Of a stretch of DNA of 41,160 nucleotides, positions 22,038 through 34,100 are shown piece after piece. Source of the DNA: Octopus bimaculoides. Its lineage: Eukaryota. A program made the translations under genes and the position numbers. The notes beneath the pieces were generated by a model. It did not search any database, was not told the origin of the DNA, and saw nothing but the letters and a program-made list of their open reading frames with translations. The stretch is taken from the NCBI RefSeq assembly GCF_001194135.2, contig NC_068998.1, forward strand, positions 49,472,339-49,513,498, written 5' to 3'. Positions within the stretch are counted from its first letter, which is position 1, and every line of letters starts with the position of its first letter.

Positions 22038-24109
22038 TTTCGGCAGGTGAATGCTTAGTTTGCATACACGACTTGAAGAAGAAGAATGGGAGTTACCATC
22101 TTAAATGGTCCAATATTTCAGGATCCACTCATTTTATTATAAATATTGATAAATGTAAATTGTACATAAGGGGATCCTACGTTATCCTTAGGTCCTATCG
22201 AACAAAATTACTAAATACATTCACTAATGTAATATCCTTTCGCAATCATAAATGTTTTCGTGGTTGTTCAATATATACATAAATAAATTTAAACATATGA
22301 GATGACCTGGATTTGAAACTGGGTAGTGATCTCGAATTCTAGTCAATCATTTGATTCTGATAACAAAATTATGAATGTTAGAATAGGCCTTGCTTATAGA
22401 ATCATGCATTTAATTAGTTTTTATTTAAAAATTCTTTTTATACTTATACCCATTAACTTTTATTCCGTACTCAGCCTATATAATTGTTCTTTTTCCCAGA
22501 TCGGGAACCCGCAATGATGGAGACATATTTTTGTCCTGAAAAAGTCGACGTTAGCACTGCAAACGACAACCTCCAGCAATCTCCTTGCACCTACTTAAGA
22601 GTAGAAATGAAAAGTTAATAAAGTTGTTCTTGCTACAAATTTATTGCCTAAAAAATTAATGTTCGATAGTTACTCATTTCGTGATACATCATTCTTCTTA
22701 CAGCTGAATTTAAGATAAAATTGGAGGAAAACATGTTGCATGCTACATACATCTTTATATGCCATTACTATTATTAATATTGAGGAAATTCACTGCTCAA
22801 GTTCAGGATATTCGTCAATACTTCCTGACCTGTAACGTGAAAAAATGCGTTCAATAGTGGTTTTAGCAGATGTATTCTTTTGTTCTGTGAAGTAAACGTA
22901 ATTAGAAACGTAATATTTCAGGAAAAAGTATTCGTAACTGATATATGTGAGAGTTCTCGTATTTTAACGCTGGCCTCCAAAAAACCGTTGTTTTGTTTGA
23001 TTACGTCACCGTATCAATCGCCTTTCGACAAAAGTCGGTGATAGAATAAATTCTGGGGTTGTGTTCTTCTGCAGAATTATTAAAAGGGGTACCCCCAAAA
23101 TGACAGCAGTCCTCCGAGAGACACATGCAATTATGATATAGGAAAGCACATCAACATTTATGTGCGAAAGTTGCTGTACAGTTCTTAAATATCAATCGCA
23201 TTTTATATAGCTTATTTAGTGTATATCGCACGCAAATTGTCCTGAGAACTGAGCGACGACATAATTAATAATAAGCAACAGTAAATTAGAGACATTTATC
23301 TTAAAATTACTGCTTCCATCTGCTTAATTTTCCAACAGACGTGCTGAAACGAATATTTGATATATTAGGATATATATTAATACTCCCTATTCCATGTTCA
23401 TTTTATATCTCCAGAGATGCTCTTATCAATTGGATACAAGTTCGTTATACGAATACTTATGTACTAAGATTTAACTGCCTGAAATATAATCAGGAATTAA
23501 TGCAGATTACTATCTATTTCATTATTGCGTTTAAAATGTGTGTGATACTGTTTAAATCGAAGCATAATATAGTTTTCCTTCTTTTGTGTGAAATTCAAAA
23601 AAAATTAACAATTGCAAGCGAAATATCGGAAAATTGTTGCTTCGATTACACAAAGAAAATTTGATCGATGTGCTCATATTACCACTTTAACATCTGTTAG
23701 CTAACATTTGTGTACCGAGTTGGGAAACAAGAATCGGTATTATACGAGATCTAATTGATACAATAGTGTACAGCATTTTGTTGTCATGCGCAGTCGATTT
23801 AATAGAAGACCAATATTTCAATGACAAATATTGTTTCGGATTATGGGACAAAGATTGTAGGATACGAATCTCAATTTTGAAATCCCAGTGGACACTACAT
23901 GTGTTACTAGGTCCTTTGTTTCGTGGAACGTTTCTCTTGCAACAACTAATAACCATTATCATTACAAAAAATGTCATGTTATATATTACAAATATGAATT
24001 TCATTTGAATGAGAAAGAAAAGTTAGTACGCTATCGTCTCATTGATTAAACTAATGCAAATGTCATTTAGAATTAATTACGCAGAAAGAATGGAAATTAA
24101 AATACTTAC

Positions 24110-24203
24110 CTCAGGTCTGCATTGAGAAAGAAACCTTTTGTGGAACATCCCAGCACAGTCATTATGCAACTTATTTAGACAAAAAAAATGATAAATCCAA
24201 CCT
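24110..24203 (-). CDS. Paralogue 3 exon 3 (GWIYHFFCLNKLHNDCAGMFHKRFLSQCRPE)
   Basis: Acceptor ttatcttacag, consensus donor GAG|gtaagt, 94 nt. Confidence 0.9.
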
Positions 24204-26530
24204 CTGTAAGATAAATACAAAAGGGTTTTCATTTCGGATATAAAGTAATCGTTAATTACATCATTGTCAAGAAATGGTAGAACATTCCTTCTCGGACTAC
24301 GAGAGCCTACCATGCATCCGGTTCTTAAATCGGTGCTTGGTAGAGTGCTTACTAGTTCTTGCATATAAAGCATATACTGATTTGCATTGAATCGAATTCT
24401 CTTGTAACCGAAAAAATCTTGTTTTACGTGCAAATTTTTGATGCTTCGGTTAAGACTTCTACACTTTGTATATTTGTCAGAGCACTTTTACTGATTGCAA
24501 AACTGTTGATTTTAAAAAGTGGAGACAACATATTGTACATTTGATGAAGTATTTTAGAACAATATCTAAAGGCCATGATTTAATAGCAATTAGTCCTAAC
24601 TATACTTATCTCCTCATAATGTTTGGTATGTAAACAATTTTGAATATTCAAAGCCATTGGTATATTTAAAAGTTCGATGATCAGAAGGATATTCCTACCG
24701 ATGGAACATAGATTTACGAGCGGTATAGTTTAATTGTCAGCGTCATTCTTTTCTTCTTTTTCTTCCTCCTTCTCCGGTGCAGAAACAATAGTGGTGTTGA
24801 GAGCTTTGATTTCCACGTTTATCTGGCTGTTCAACCTTCCGTTGACACACTCGCTCAGTCGTCACTTGTTATTTTTCTAATATTCCAACATTTTCAGAAA
24901 AAAGTTTCCCACAATAGTGGTTATTTACCCCCTAATAGGGGACATTTTTTCAACAAAACCTAGCTGTTTATGCGGGCAGCAAGCTTGCAACACATCTAAA
25001 CACTAACAGAAGTACGAGTATCTGAGACAACGAAATTTCAAATAACTTCAGGAGCTTCAAAACGTTTGATTTACCGTAAGAAGAACAACAACAACAACAA
25101 CAACAATAATAATACGAATAAGAATAATACGTACAAGCATTGTAAACTATATGTACGAACTTGAATGTTATGCTGCTCTATAGTCATGCAATTATCCGCG
25201 GCGAATTTCTCGCACGTGGATTGTTCAGCAGCACCTAAAATATTTATCAGTTTAATTATTAATAATTAGTGATACATATACTGGGTGCACAATCATTATG
25301 TTTAAAAAAGAAAGCGAAAACAAAACAATGATACCGAAGTGTTAATATAGGGCTAAATTCGGGTCCCCATGCTCTCAGTAATCAATTATAATGTGTTTGA
25401 TGAATGATATCAATGTGGTCCTGCTTCCGTTATAACTTCACAGGTGACGATGTGGTACAATTATTTGGTGATTCTTCATTACAAAATATTTTCAAGGTGA
25501 AAATTCTTAATATTTTGTCATGTTCTTTTATTCTTTTATTCTTTCTTTGTGTCAGTATTTTGAGTGCAACCCCGATGGAGCACCACCTTTAGTCGAACAG
25601 ATCGAAACCTAGACTTAATCTTTGTAAGCCTAGTACTCATCGTAGAAACGCTAGCTTACGGGGTTTTAAACACACCAACATCGGTTGTCAAACAATAGTG
25701 GGTTCGGGGGAACAACCATAAGAGTGTGTCATCTGATAAATCTAAATAATTTGCACAATGAGTGTGCAATACTGGATATACATAAACATTCAATTACACA
25801 TAAGTGTGGGATCATACCCTAGGACGTAATATAATACATCCATGGTTTTGTCACATTTTACTTTTTATATTTTACTTAATTTAGATCTGCTTTGTCTGTG
25901 TATTATAGCTCATGCATTTCTCTAGCGTTTTTCAGGAAACACCTTTCTGTTCTTCTCGCAGTAAATTCTGATTGTCAATGTCCTCGTAAATGCTTTCAGA
26001 AAGCCTCTCTTTCAACAGCTTCCACACTAATGGTAATCAATGGTAACCATCATCACTACTCACCTGAGAAATGTACACCAGGCACATTCATCACAACCCT
26101 ACGCGTGACATAGTGATCTTACATCAAGATAAACAGCACATGAATTTGCAGGAGGGGCCCACTAAGTATTTTCTCCCAGTTGAGTAGCCCATCCCCACTC
26201 AAAAAGTCTTTGAATAAAGGTTATTTAAGGATGTTGAAGGAAACACTCATGTTTCGAGTGGTGAATTATTCAAACCCGAAAAATTATTTTCAACATATGG
26301 CTATGATAGTACCACACTACATCTGCTTGTGACCAGAGATGCACATATCGTCAGCCACTAGGGAACATGCTCAACAGGTTAAGGTGAAACAACTGACAAG
26401 CGAATCTGTGGTATTGAGCACAATATTTGCTATAGACCATTTTTTATGCAAAAGCAACAAAAAAAAAAATGTTCATGATAACGCTTCCAATGAGATAAGA
26501 AGCCACGAGAGCCAAGGGCATTTATTATTA

Positions 26531-26565
<35 letters not shown>

Positions 26566-26606
26566 AATAGTAATAATATTCTTATTAATGATTATAATAA
26601 TATTTT

Positions 26607-26642
<36 letters not shown>

Positions 26643-28636
26643 AATTTGCATACACATACGAGTGGATTGTTCCTCAACATGTATAATATTATCTAAAGCA
26701 GTTTAATTCTTTCTCATGAGACTTAAGATTTGACAGGTTTCTGACTGAATCATAAGTTGTACAGATTCGACAATCAAGCATATCCACTGGAAAATGATTC
26801 CCTTAGGTCATGGCGATTCCAGTCCTGGTGTTAGGAGTGAGACTGCATTTCAGCGACATTCAACATTTCTTTGGCCGTATGATTGCACAAAAGGCTGATT
26901 ACGCCTTGGAGTTTGGCGGGCTTTTGAAGGGAATTGGATGCAGAGTGGAGGAACGCTGGTGAGTGTAACTGCGTATATATACATCCTATGTATGAGCATG
27001 TGATTAAGTAACTGTGTTATTGGTTTCATGGGTGAGTATATATGTAAATATATTCTGTGAGCATATGAACATAAGGGCCTTAGTTTTTGCTGTATACGCA
27101 TGCGTGCTCGAACGTGTTTAGGGTTTATATTTGGTGACATGGGCTGAAGCATGTACATTCTTGAATTTGTGCATAAACGTTTGGGTGCATCTTTGTCTGG
27201 AAAAACATACGCCTGCTTGTGATTTGTCTTGTGCATACACACATATGTTTTCGGCAGATTAATGCTTAGTGTACATACACTACTTGTAGAAGAATAGGGG
27301 TTACTATCTTAAATGGTCCAATATTTCGGGGTACCCACATTTTATTCAAAATATTCATAAATGTAAATTGCACCTAAATGAGTCCTATATTATTCTTAAG
27401 GCATTTGGACCAAAATTATTAAATAAATTCACTTTTGTAATCATACATTTTTCTACATTTTTAAATATTTCCAAAACAGAAATTAAGCCTTTTAGAAGAC
27501 CTCCTTTTGAAACCGGGAATTGATCTCTCAAATCTAGCTGCTTATTTGATTGTGATAAAAAATATTATGAATTTTAGAATAGATGTTACTGATACAATCA
27601 TGATTTAAAATAAAAATAGGGCTAGAGAAGAGGTGTCTGTCGGAGAAAATATTTAAACAGTTTTCTGGATGTTTAAACATTCTTCTGGATGGTGAACGTG
27701 TGTGGTCCTAACGAAAACTTAATGAAAAATGGAAATATGTAGCACGAGGGTGGCGAGTGGTTGTAAACGTGTGAATATTCCATAATGTACCTTGAAACGT
27801 ATTAGTTGTGAATTGGGGCTCGTGGGGTCGGAGCTAAACACAAACACCACTCCATTTCTTGTGTCTATTGTGGTGTATATATTCATTCGTTATATATACA
27901 TTATATGTCAATTTTTTTATAGGATTTTAATGTTAAATTCATTCGTATATCTGACCCTCAGATTGTACTGTCCCTATCTATGTTTGCCCCCCCCCCCCCC
28001 AATGGGCAATAAAGAAATCAATAATGATGGATTAGCAGAACGGGAAACATCACTGATGAAGATATATCTTTTTGACCGGATGAATTAACCTTTGCCGATT
28101 TGTTGTTTTAATGTGTAAAGGATTGTGTCACTGACTCTTGAATCGGCCATAATCGTGAATCTATTCTTGCAGTATTCTGGATTCCTTGTTGTTTTTGACT
28201 TTCTGATGGATATTATCCCGGATTCAATTTACATTTAATACTCTGACTACATTATTTTTTTATCGCCTCGCTATATACAATTATATTTTATTCATATATG
28301 CGTTACTTCTTTATAAGTGTTTTACAGTATTTCACGTTTTTGTATATTTGAAAATATACGTATATTTGTTTTACCTTCGGGCTTAGTGTGAGGTATCTTA
28401 ACATGTATTTATATTCTACGGTTTGAAAATATGCGTTAGATTTGACGTTGTGTGACCAATCATTGTGATTAATTTTTAACCACAAATGTAAATTAATTTC
28501 TATGTAATCATTTAATATATGAATGTAACTTCTGTATTTACACGGCAGATGTAAATATGAAAAACAAAAAAAAAATATTATTTCAAAATTACAACTTACC
28601 TTCAAGGAGAAGACAAAGGAATATTAAAGTTTTCAT
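24110..28636 (-). CDS. Paralogue 3; join 28636-28600, 25234-25135, 24203-24110; 3' end unresolved
   Basis: Spliced translation MKTLIFLCLLLEGAAEQSTCEKFAADNCMTIEQHNIQVRTYSLQCLGWIYHFFCLNKLHNDCAGMFHKRFLSQCRPE; donors gtaagt, gtacgt, gtaagt. Confidence 0.85.
25135..25234 (-). CDS. Paralogue 3 exon 2 (GAAEQSTCEKFAADNCMTIEQHNIQVRTYSLQC-L)
   Basis: Acceptor aaatattttag, donor gtacgt, 100 nt, open. Confidence 0.85.
25750..26010 (-). mobile_element. R4/Dong-type RT fragment
   Basis: Similar to 21140-21320 (tgtgggatcatacc...aaattctgattg...acttccacac). Confidence 0.65.
26020..26570 (+). mobile_element. Interspersed repeat 3' end with (TTA)n tail (SINE or LINE 3' UTR)
   Basis: Copy-specific insert ending in a TTA tract; gatgcacatatcgtcagccact..caactgacaag recalled as a common octopus repeat, not verified. 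Confidence 0.35.
27610..28025 (+). mobile_element. 3' end of an L1/Tx1-like LINE in intron 1 of paralogue 3
   Basis: Begins with tail-of-ORF2-like sequence (gctagagaagaggtgtctgtcggagaaaatattt), then a UTR with poly-C and AATAAA, then an aataat tail. Confidence 0.45.
28600..28636 (-). CDS. Paralogue 3 exon 1 (MKTLIFLCLLLE)
   Basis: 37 nt, donor gtaagt. Confidence 0.82.
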
Positions 28637-29112
28637 GTCTTTTCTTTTATGCGTTAAAATAAACGAATGGAGTTATGTCAATCATGAAAGTTATATTGTT
28701 ACATGTGATGATATGTAGTTTAACATACGCCAGACACCAGTAAAACAAAACAACGCAAATTCAATTAAGACTGTCAAAATAAATTACAATGCGACACTAG
28801 TTCTTTCGCCTGAATACATAATAGTCGAATAACGATTTATACCTGGATACATAAATAAAAACTTACAGTTGGATATTTATTTCTCTCTTTAGATAATTAT
28901 ATAACCTATAANNNNNNNNNNNNNNNNNNNNNNNNNNNNNNNNNNNNNNNNNNNNNNNNNNNNNNNNNNNNNNNNNNNNNNNNNNNNNNNNNNNNNNNNN
29001 NNNNNNNNNNNNNNNNNNNNNNNNNNNNNNNNNNNNNNNNNNNNNNNNNNNNNNNNNNNNNNNNNNNNNNNNNNNNNNNNNNNNNNNNNNNNNNNNNNNN
29101 NNNNNNNNNNNN

Positions 29113-29405
29113 CATAGCCCCTCGACATAGAAATGTAAGAAATGTTCTATTCTGCTGCCAGTGGCAGAAAACGTCTGCTAAGAAGGGCGCAAACAAGTCT
29201 GGCATGGATATATACATCTGGAAGCGCAGACCGTCCAAACCCATCCATCTTACTCTCGTGCAGCTCTTCAACACTTCCTGTAAGACTGCTGCTGTTATTG
29301 GCCTTTCGCAGTACTCCGCCTTGCAAGTAGAGAGTCGTGGTAGGATATCCAAGTGGATACCGAAGTCTGCCCTGTTATCCGTCCTACCATTCATCCTGAA
29401 CATTC
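29113..29405 (-). mobile_element. L1/Tx1 fragment, apparently identical to 19349-19641
   Basis: The ORF track gives the same translation at both loci. Confidence 0.85.
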
Positions 29406-31037
29406 AACTTACAGTTGGATATTTATTTCTCTCTTTAGATAATTATATAACCTATAATCAATAAACTGAAAGATAATTCCTTTGTGGAATGTTTATCCCC
29501 TTTTTTTGTTATTCGGTGTTTGATATTACAGTGCGACCAATCTGGGGCGCAATAATGAAGGCTTTATTAAACAAATCGACCTCAGTACTTAGATTTTAAG
29601 ACTTGTACTGACTCTATTGTCACTTCAACTATATACTGTACACTCATTTCGTGATATATCTTTTCACTTACAGCTGAAATTGAGATAAAACAAAAGGAAA
29701 ACAGTTTGCATGTTATATACTTCTTTATATATCTTTAATATTATTTAATAATGAGGAAGTTCACTGCTCAGGTTCAGAATATTCGTCAGATTTAACCGGA
29801 CCTGTAACGTGACAAAAATGTGTTCAATAGAGTGGTTTTAGCAGAGGTATTTTTTATTCTTTGAAATAAACATGTAATTCTGATATAAGCGTAATATTTA
29901 GTGGAAAAAGTATTTTCAACAGATTTCTGGGCGAGTTCTTGTGTTTGAAACCCCACCTCTTGAAAACAGGATTGTTTATGTTTACATCCCCGTATTATTC
30001 GCCATTTAAAAACTGGTACCGATAGAATAAATACTGGGGTTGTTTTCTTGTGCAGAACCCTTACAGTGGTACCCCCAACATGACCGCAGTCCTACGAAAG
30101 AAACAAGCAAATATGAAAAAGGAAGGAATTAAATTACTAAACAAAATTTGCTGTACAGTTCTTAAATATCACTCGCATCTTATATAGCTTACGTAGTGTA
30201 TATCGTACCAGGATTATATTGGGACTTGTTCGATGTCATAAACAAATAATAATCAATAGTAAAATAGAGACATTTATATTAAAATTGCTTTAATTACCTA
30301 ATGTTAAACTGCTTCCATCACCTTAAGTTTTTCAACGGATGTGCTGAAAAGAATATTTGATATATTAGGATTCATATTAATACCCCCAATTACAACATTT
30401 GTTTTAGCTCCAACGATACTTTCATCAATTGGATTCAAGTTTATTATACAAATATTTATGTGATAAGTTTTAACTACCTGAAATATAATGAGGAATTAAT
30501 TCAGAATCGTATCTATTTTATTATCCCGTTTAAATTTTGTTTTTTTACATAATACTGATTAAATCGAGTCATAATCTTGTTTTTCTTATTGAGTATGAAA
30601 TTATTAAAAATAACAATTCTAAGCAGAATCTCCTATTACTACTATGCTCCTGTTACTACTAAAACATCTATTAGCTAACGTTTGTGTACTGAGTTAGAAA
30701 CATTTTCTTGTCATGCGCAGTCGATTTAATGGAAGACCAATATTTCAATGACAAATATTGTTTCAGTGTATGGGTCAAAGCTTTTAGGATACGAATTTCA
30801 ATGTTGAAATACCATGATGCCAGTGGACACTGCACGTGTTACTAGCTGCATTGTTTCGTGGAAGGTTTCTCTTGCAAAAACTAATAACCAGTTAATACAA
30901 AAATGTCATGTTATGTATTACAAATATGAATTTAAGTTGAATGAGAAAGGTTAGTACGCTATCATCTCACTGATTAAACTAATGTAAGTATCATTTAGAA
31001 TGAATTATGCAGAAAAAATGTAAATTAAAATAATTAC

Positions 31038-31131
31038 CACAGGAATGCATTTAGAAGTATACAGGTTGTGGAAATAGAGAGCACATTCTATCCGCACATC
31101 TACCAGACAATCATAATAATAAATCCAATGT
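31038..31131 (-). CDS. Paralogue 4 exon 3 (HWIYYYDCLVDVRIECALYFHNLYTSKCIPV)
   Basis: Acceptor ttatcttacag, donor gtaatt, 94 nt. Confidence 0.88.
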
Positions 31132-34100
31132 CTGTAAGATAAATACAACAAAAGGATATTCATTTCGGTTAAAAGGAAATCGTTTATCAAGAATCTTGCA
31201 CACGAAATACACATACGAAGTTTATCAACATCCATGTCAAGAAATGGTAGAACCTTACTTCTCGGACTACGGGAGCCTACCATTCTTATATCGGTGCTTG
31301 GCAGTGCTTACTATTACCTGAATATAAAGCATATACTGATTTACATTGAAACGAATTCTTTTGGAACCCGAACGTTTTCTGTTTTACGTGCAATTTTTTA
31401 ATGATTGGCTTAATTTGTAGACTTGAACACTTTCTATATTTGTCAGAACACTTTTATTGATTGCATAGCTACTGACATAACAAAAACGACGAGAAACAGG
31501 TGGTACATTAGATAAAGTAATTTAGAATAATTTCTAAAGGCTATGATTTTAATAGGTATTAACCATAACTATAATTATCCACTCATAAGTTTTGGTATTT
31601 AAATAACTTCGAAATTTCAAAGCCATTCGTATATTTAAACCTTCGATGATCGGAAGAATTTTCGAACCAATGGAACAAATAAATTTACGAACGGTATAGT
31701 TAAATCGTTTCAGTGATTTGACTGTGAGTATGCTTGGACAACTGAAAGCCAAATAGAAACTATGCCTTATATTCGCTCGCTGAGTAGATTGGATCAACGG
31801 GAAAAAAAAAGTCCTGCTCAAACGCACAACGCTCTGCCGACTATAGCCTTTTGGACCTTACGATTATGAGCCGAGCATATTAACCAGTAAGCCACGCGCC
31901 TTTCTGAGTACAAACCATTTCGTAAATAAACATTCCCCAGAAGAATCCGATCATAGAAAAATACTTCAATATAGAGACGATTTAATTGTCCAGCAACACA
32001 TTTTGCTGTGTTCTGGTACCGTATGGGTATCCCCCGTATGGTGATAATAAATAACGTTATAAATAGTTAATTACAAACATCATAGTTTATCGTAATATTA
32101 AAGGTAATAACAAACATTGTGTTTGCTGCCGTGTAAACAGGTTCCAAGTATTAGTGTTCCACCCTATCAAAACATTTCGATTGATCCAAATTGGGGAGGT
32201 CACGAACCATGCCAGGTTCCTTACCAACCCACTCTATGATGTCGTGCGTGAGGTGAACTTTGTCAAGGAGAGAACTGTTTGGAGTAGCACATGGCGTCAC
32301 TAACCAACTTATTGACGACAAATGTCAACGTTTTGGCTAACACTGTATAACCTTATAAGCTACATACAGCAGAGTTATATGCCTAAAATTATCAATTTTG
32401 TCTCGCTTATTCGGCTCCTTCCTCAGCATCACAACTACTTCATGGCTTACAGCACTGGGGATCCTCCCATCCTGCTACCAGTTGTGGTAGACGTCAGCCA
32501 AGAGTCTACCCAACATGTCTGGCATATGAAAACAAAACTCGAAGGCCAGTACATCCCGCCACGGAGACTTCTCTCTTGCGCAGCCCGTCATCACATCCCA
32601 TATGTCTTTGGCTGTTATCAGTATTTCGCAGAAAACCGCATCCCTGTCTGAGAGGCGCGCCATGCTACTGAGATACGATCTGAAATCCACAACCGTCCCA
32701 CAACCACATCGCGCTCCTTACAGTTCGGTGAAATGCCACTGAAATTCCGCACAGTTTTCCTTGGTTATCATGCGCCCGTCACAGTCTCCATAGACTGAAT
32801 TGTTGCTTTGTGTCTACGTAGTACCTCTACCACCCAGGCCCATTGGCTTTCGTCCCCTCCCGTCTCAGTGAACGTGCGCTAGCTTTGACAACGTAACCGT
32901 CGTACTTGGCATTGAAGAACCGATGAAGAATCAATCTCGTAACAAGTATCGCCGGCCGGTATTCCTTTCTTAAGCTTCTCTTCTAACTCCCTAATTAGGT
33001 CTCTCTCTGTCCTAGATTCCTCTTGCGCTAACTAAAAAACTTTCTCCTCTACTCTAATAGCCACTTTCAATGCTATCAACCATCCGTTGTTGACTATTGT
33101 TCTCGCCAACTCTCTATAGACTAACTTAATAACCCTGCCCTGTCCATGAAAGCTTGGAGCGCCGGGAAAGACCCCTTCAGTTTCCATTATCCGGGGCACT
33201 GTCTATGGATCACATGTATGTCATCCGTAAAGATAAAAAAATTATGGTTCGTGTAACCAACTACTGTGAAACGGAGAAAACTTATACTACTTCTTTCTAC
33301 AAGCCTACAGAATACTCTATCGAGATATCATCTGGAAGACCATAAGCAGTTCGTCCATCTTCGCATTGGCGCAATCAGGAAATCCAGTCAACTAACTGAA
33401 AACAACTGAGCTAGACTTTCCCTATCCTGGCGTGAGTCCAAGAGGGCATTCAAATCACACACTAATATCCAAGGAAAAGCTCCAGATGTATGACGATATC
33501 TGGATGCCCCACCCCTGTGGGGGTCTAAACATCAGCTATTCTAAAGACAGCACCTTCACTGTTACTCGGGTCCACGACATATATCGTAACCTCCGAGTCG
33601 AGGAAGATCATTCGAACTTCGATATCCCGGCCTTTTCTGAACAACAGTGCCAGTGCACCTCTCGTTCTGGGCTGACTAACAGATATGTAGGTCTCACAAT
33701 CGTCGAAAATGGGTAGAAGATCGGGTGTATCCGAATTTCCGGTCTCACTGGTTGCTATCACATCGAAACCTAGTGATCTGAGGTCATTGAGCAATCTATC
33801 TTGCTTGCAGGATGATCTCAGAACGCGAACATTTATGCAGCCCACTCTGACAAACTCTATGACGGCTCGAAAGGGTTAATGAAGCAAAAAGTGTGGTGTT
33901 ACTTACTTTCTTGATGTTGTTGGCAGCCCGACGATCCGGGATCCAGATCTCCGTCCTCTGGAGAACCGGCTAAATGATTCTTCGTGGCGCGGATATTTGG
34001 CCTTCCCACCTCATGCAGGAAATTCCTCTGAATTTCTTTGTATGTTTCGAGGAGTAGGCGAATCAACATTTAATAGTCTGGAGCTCTAGAGCTACTGGTG

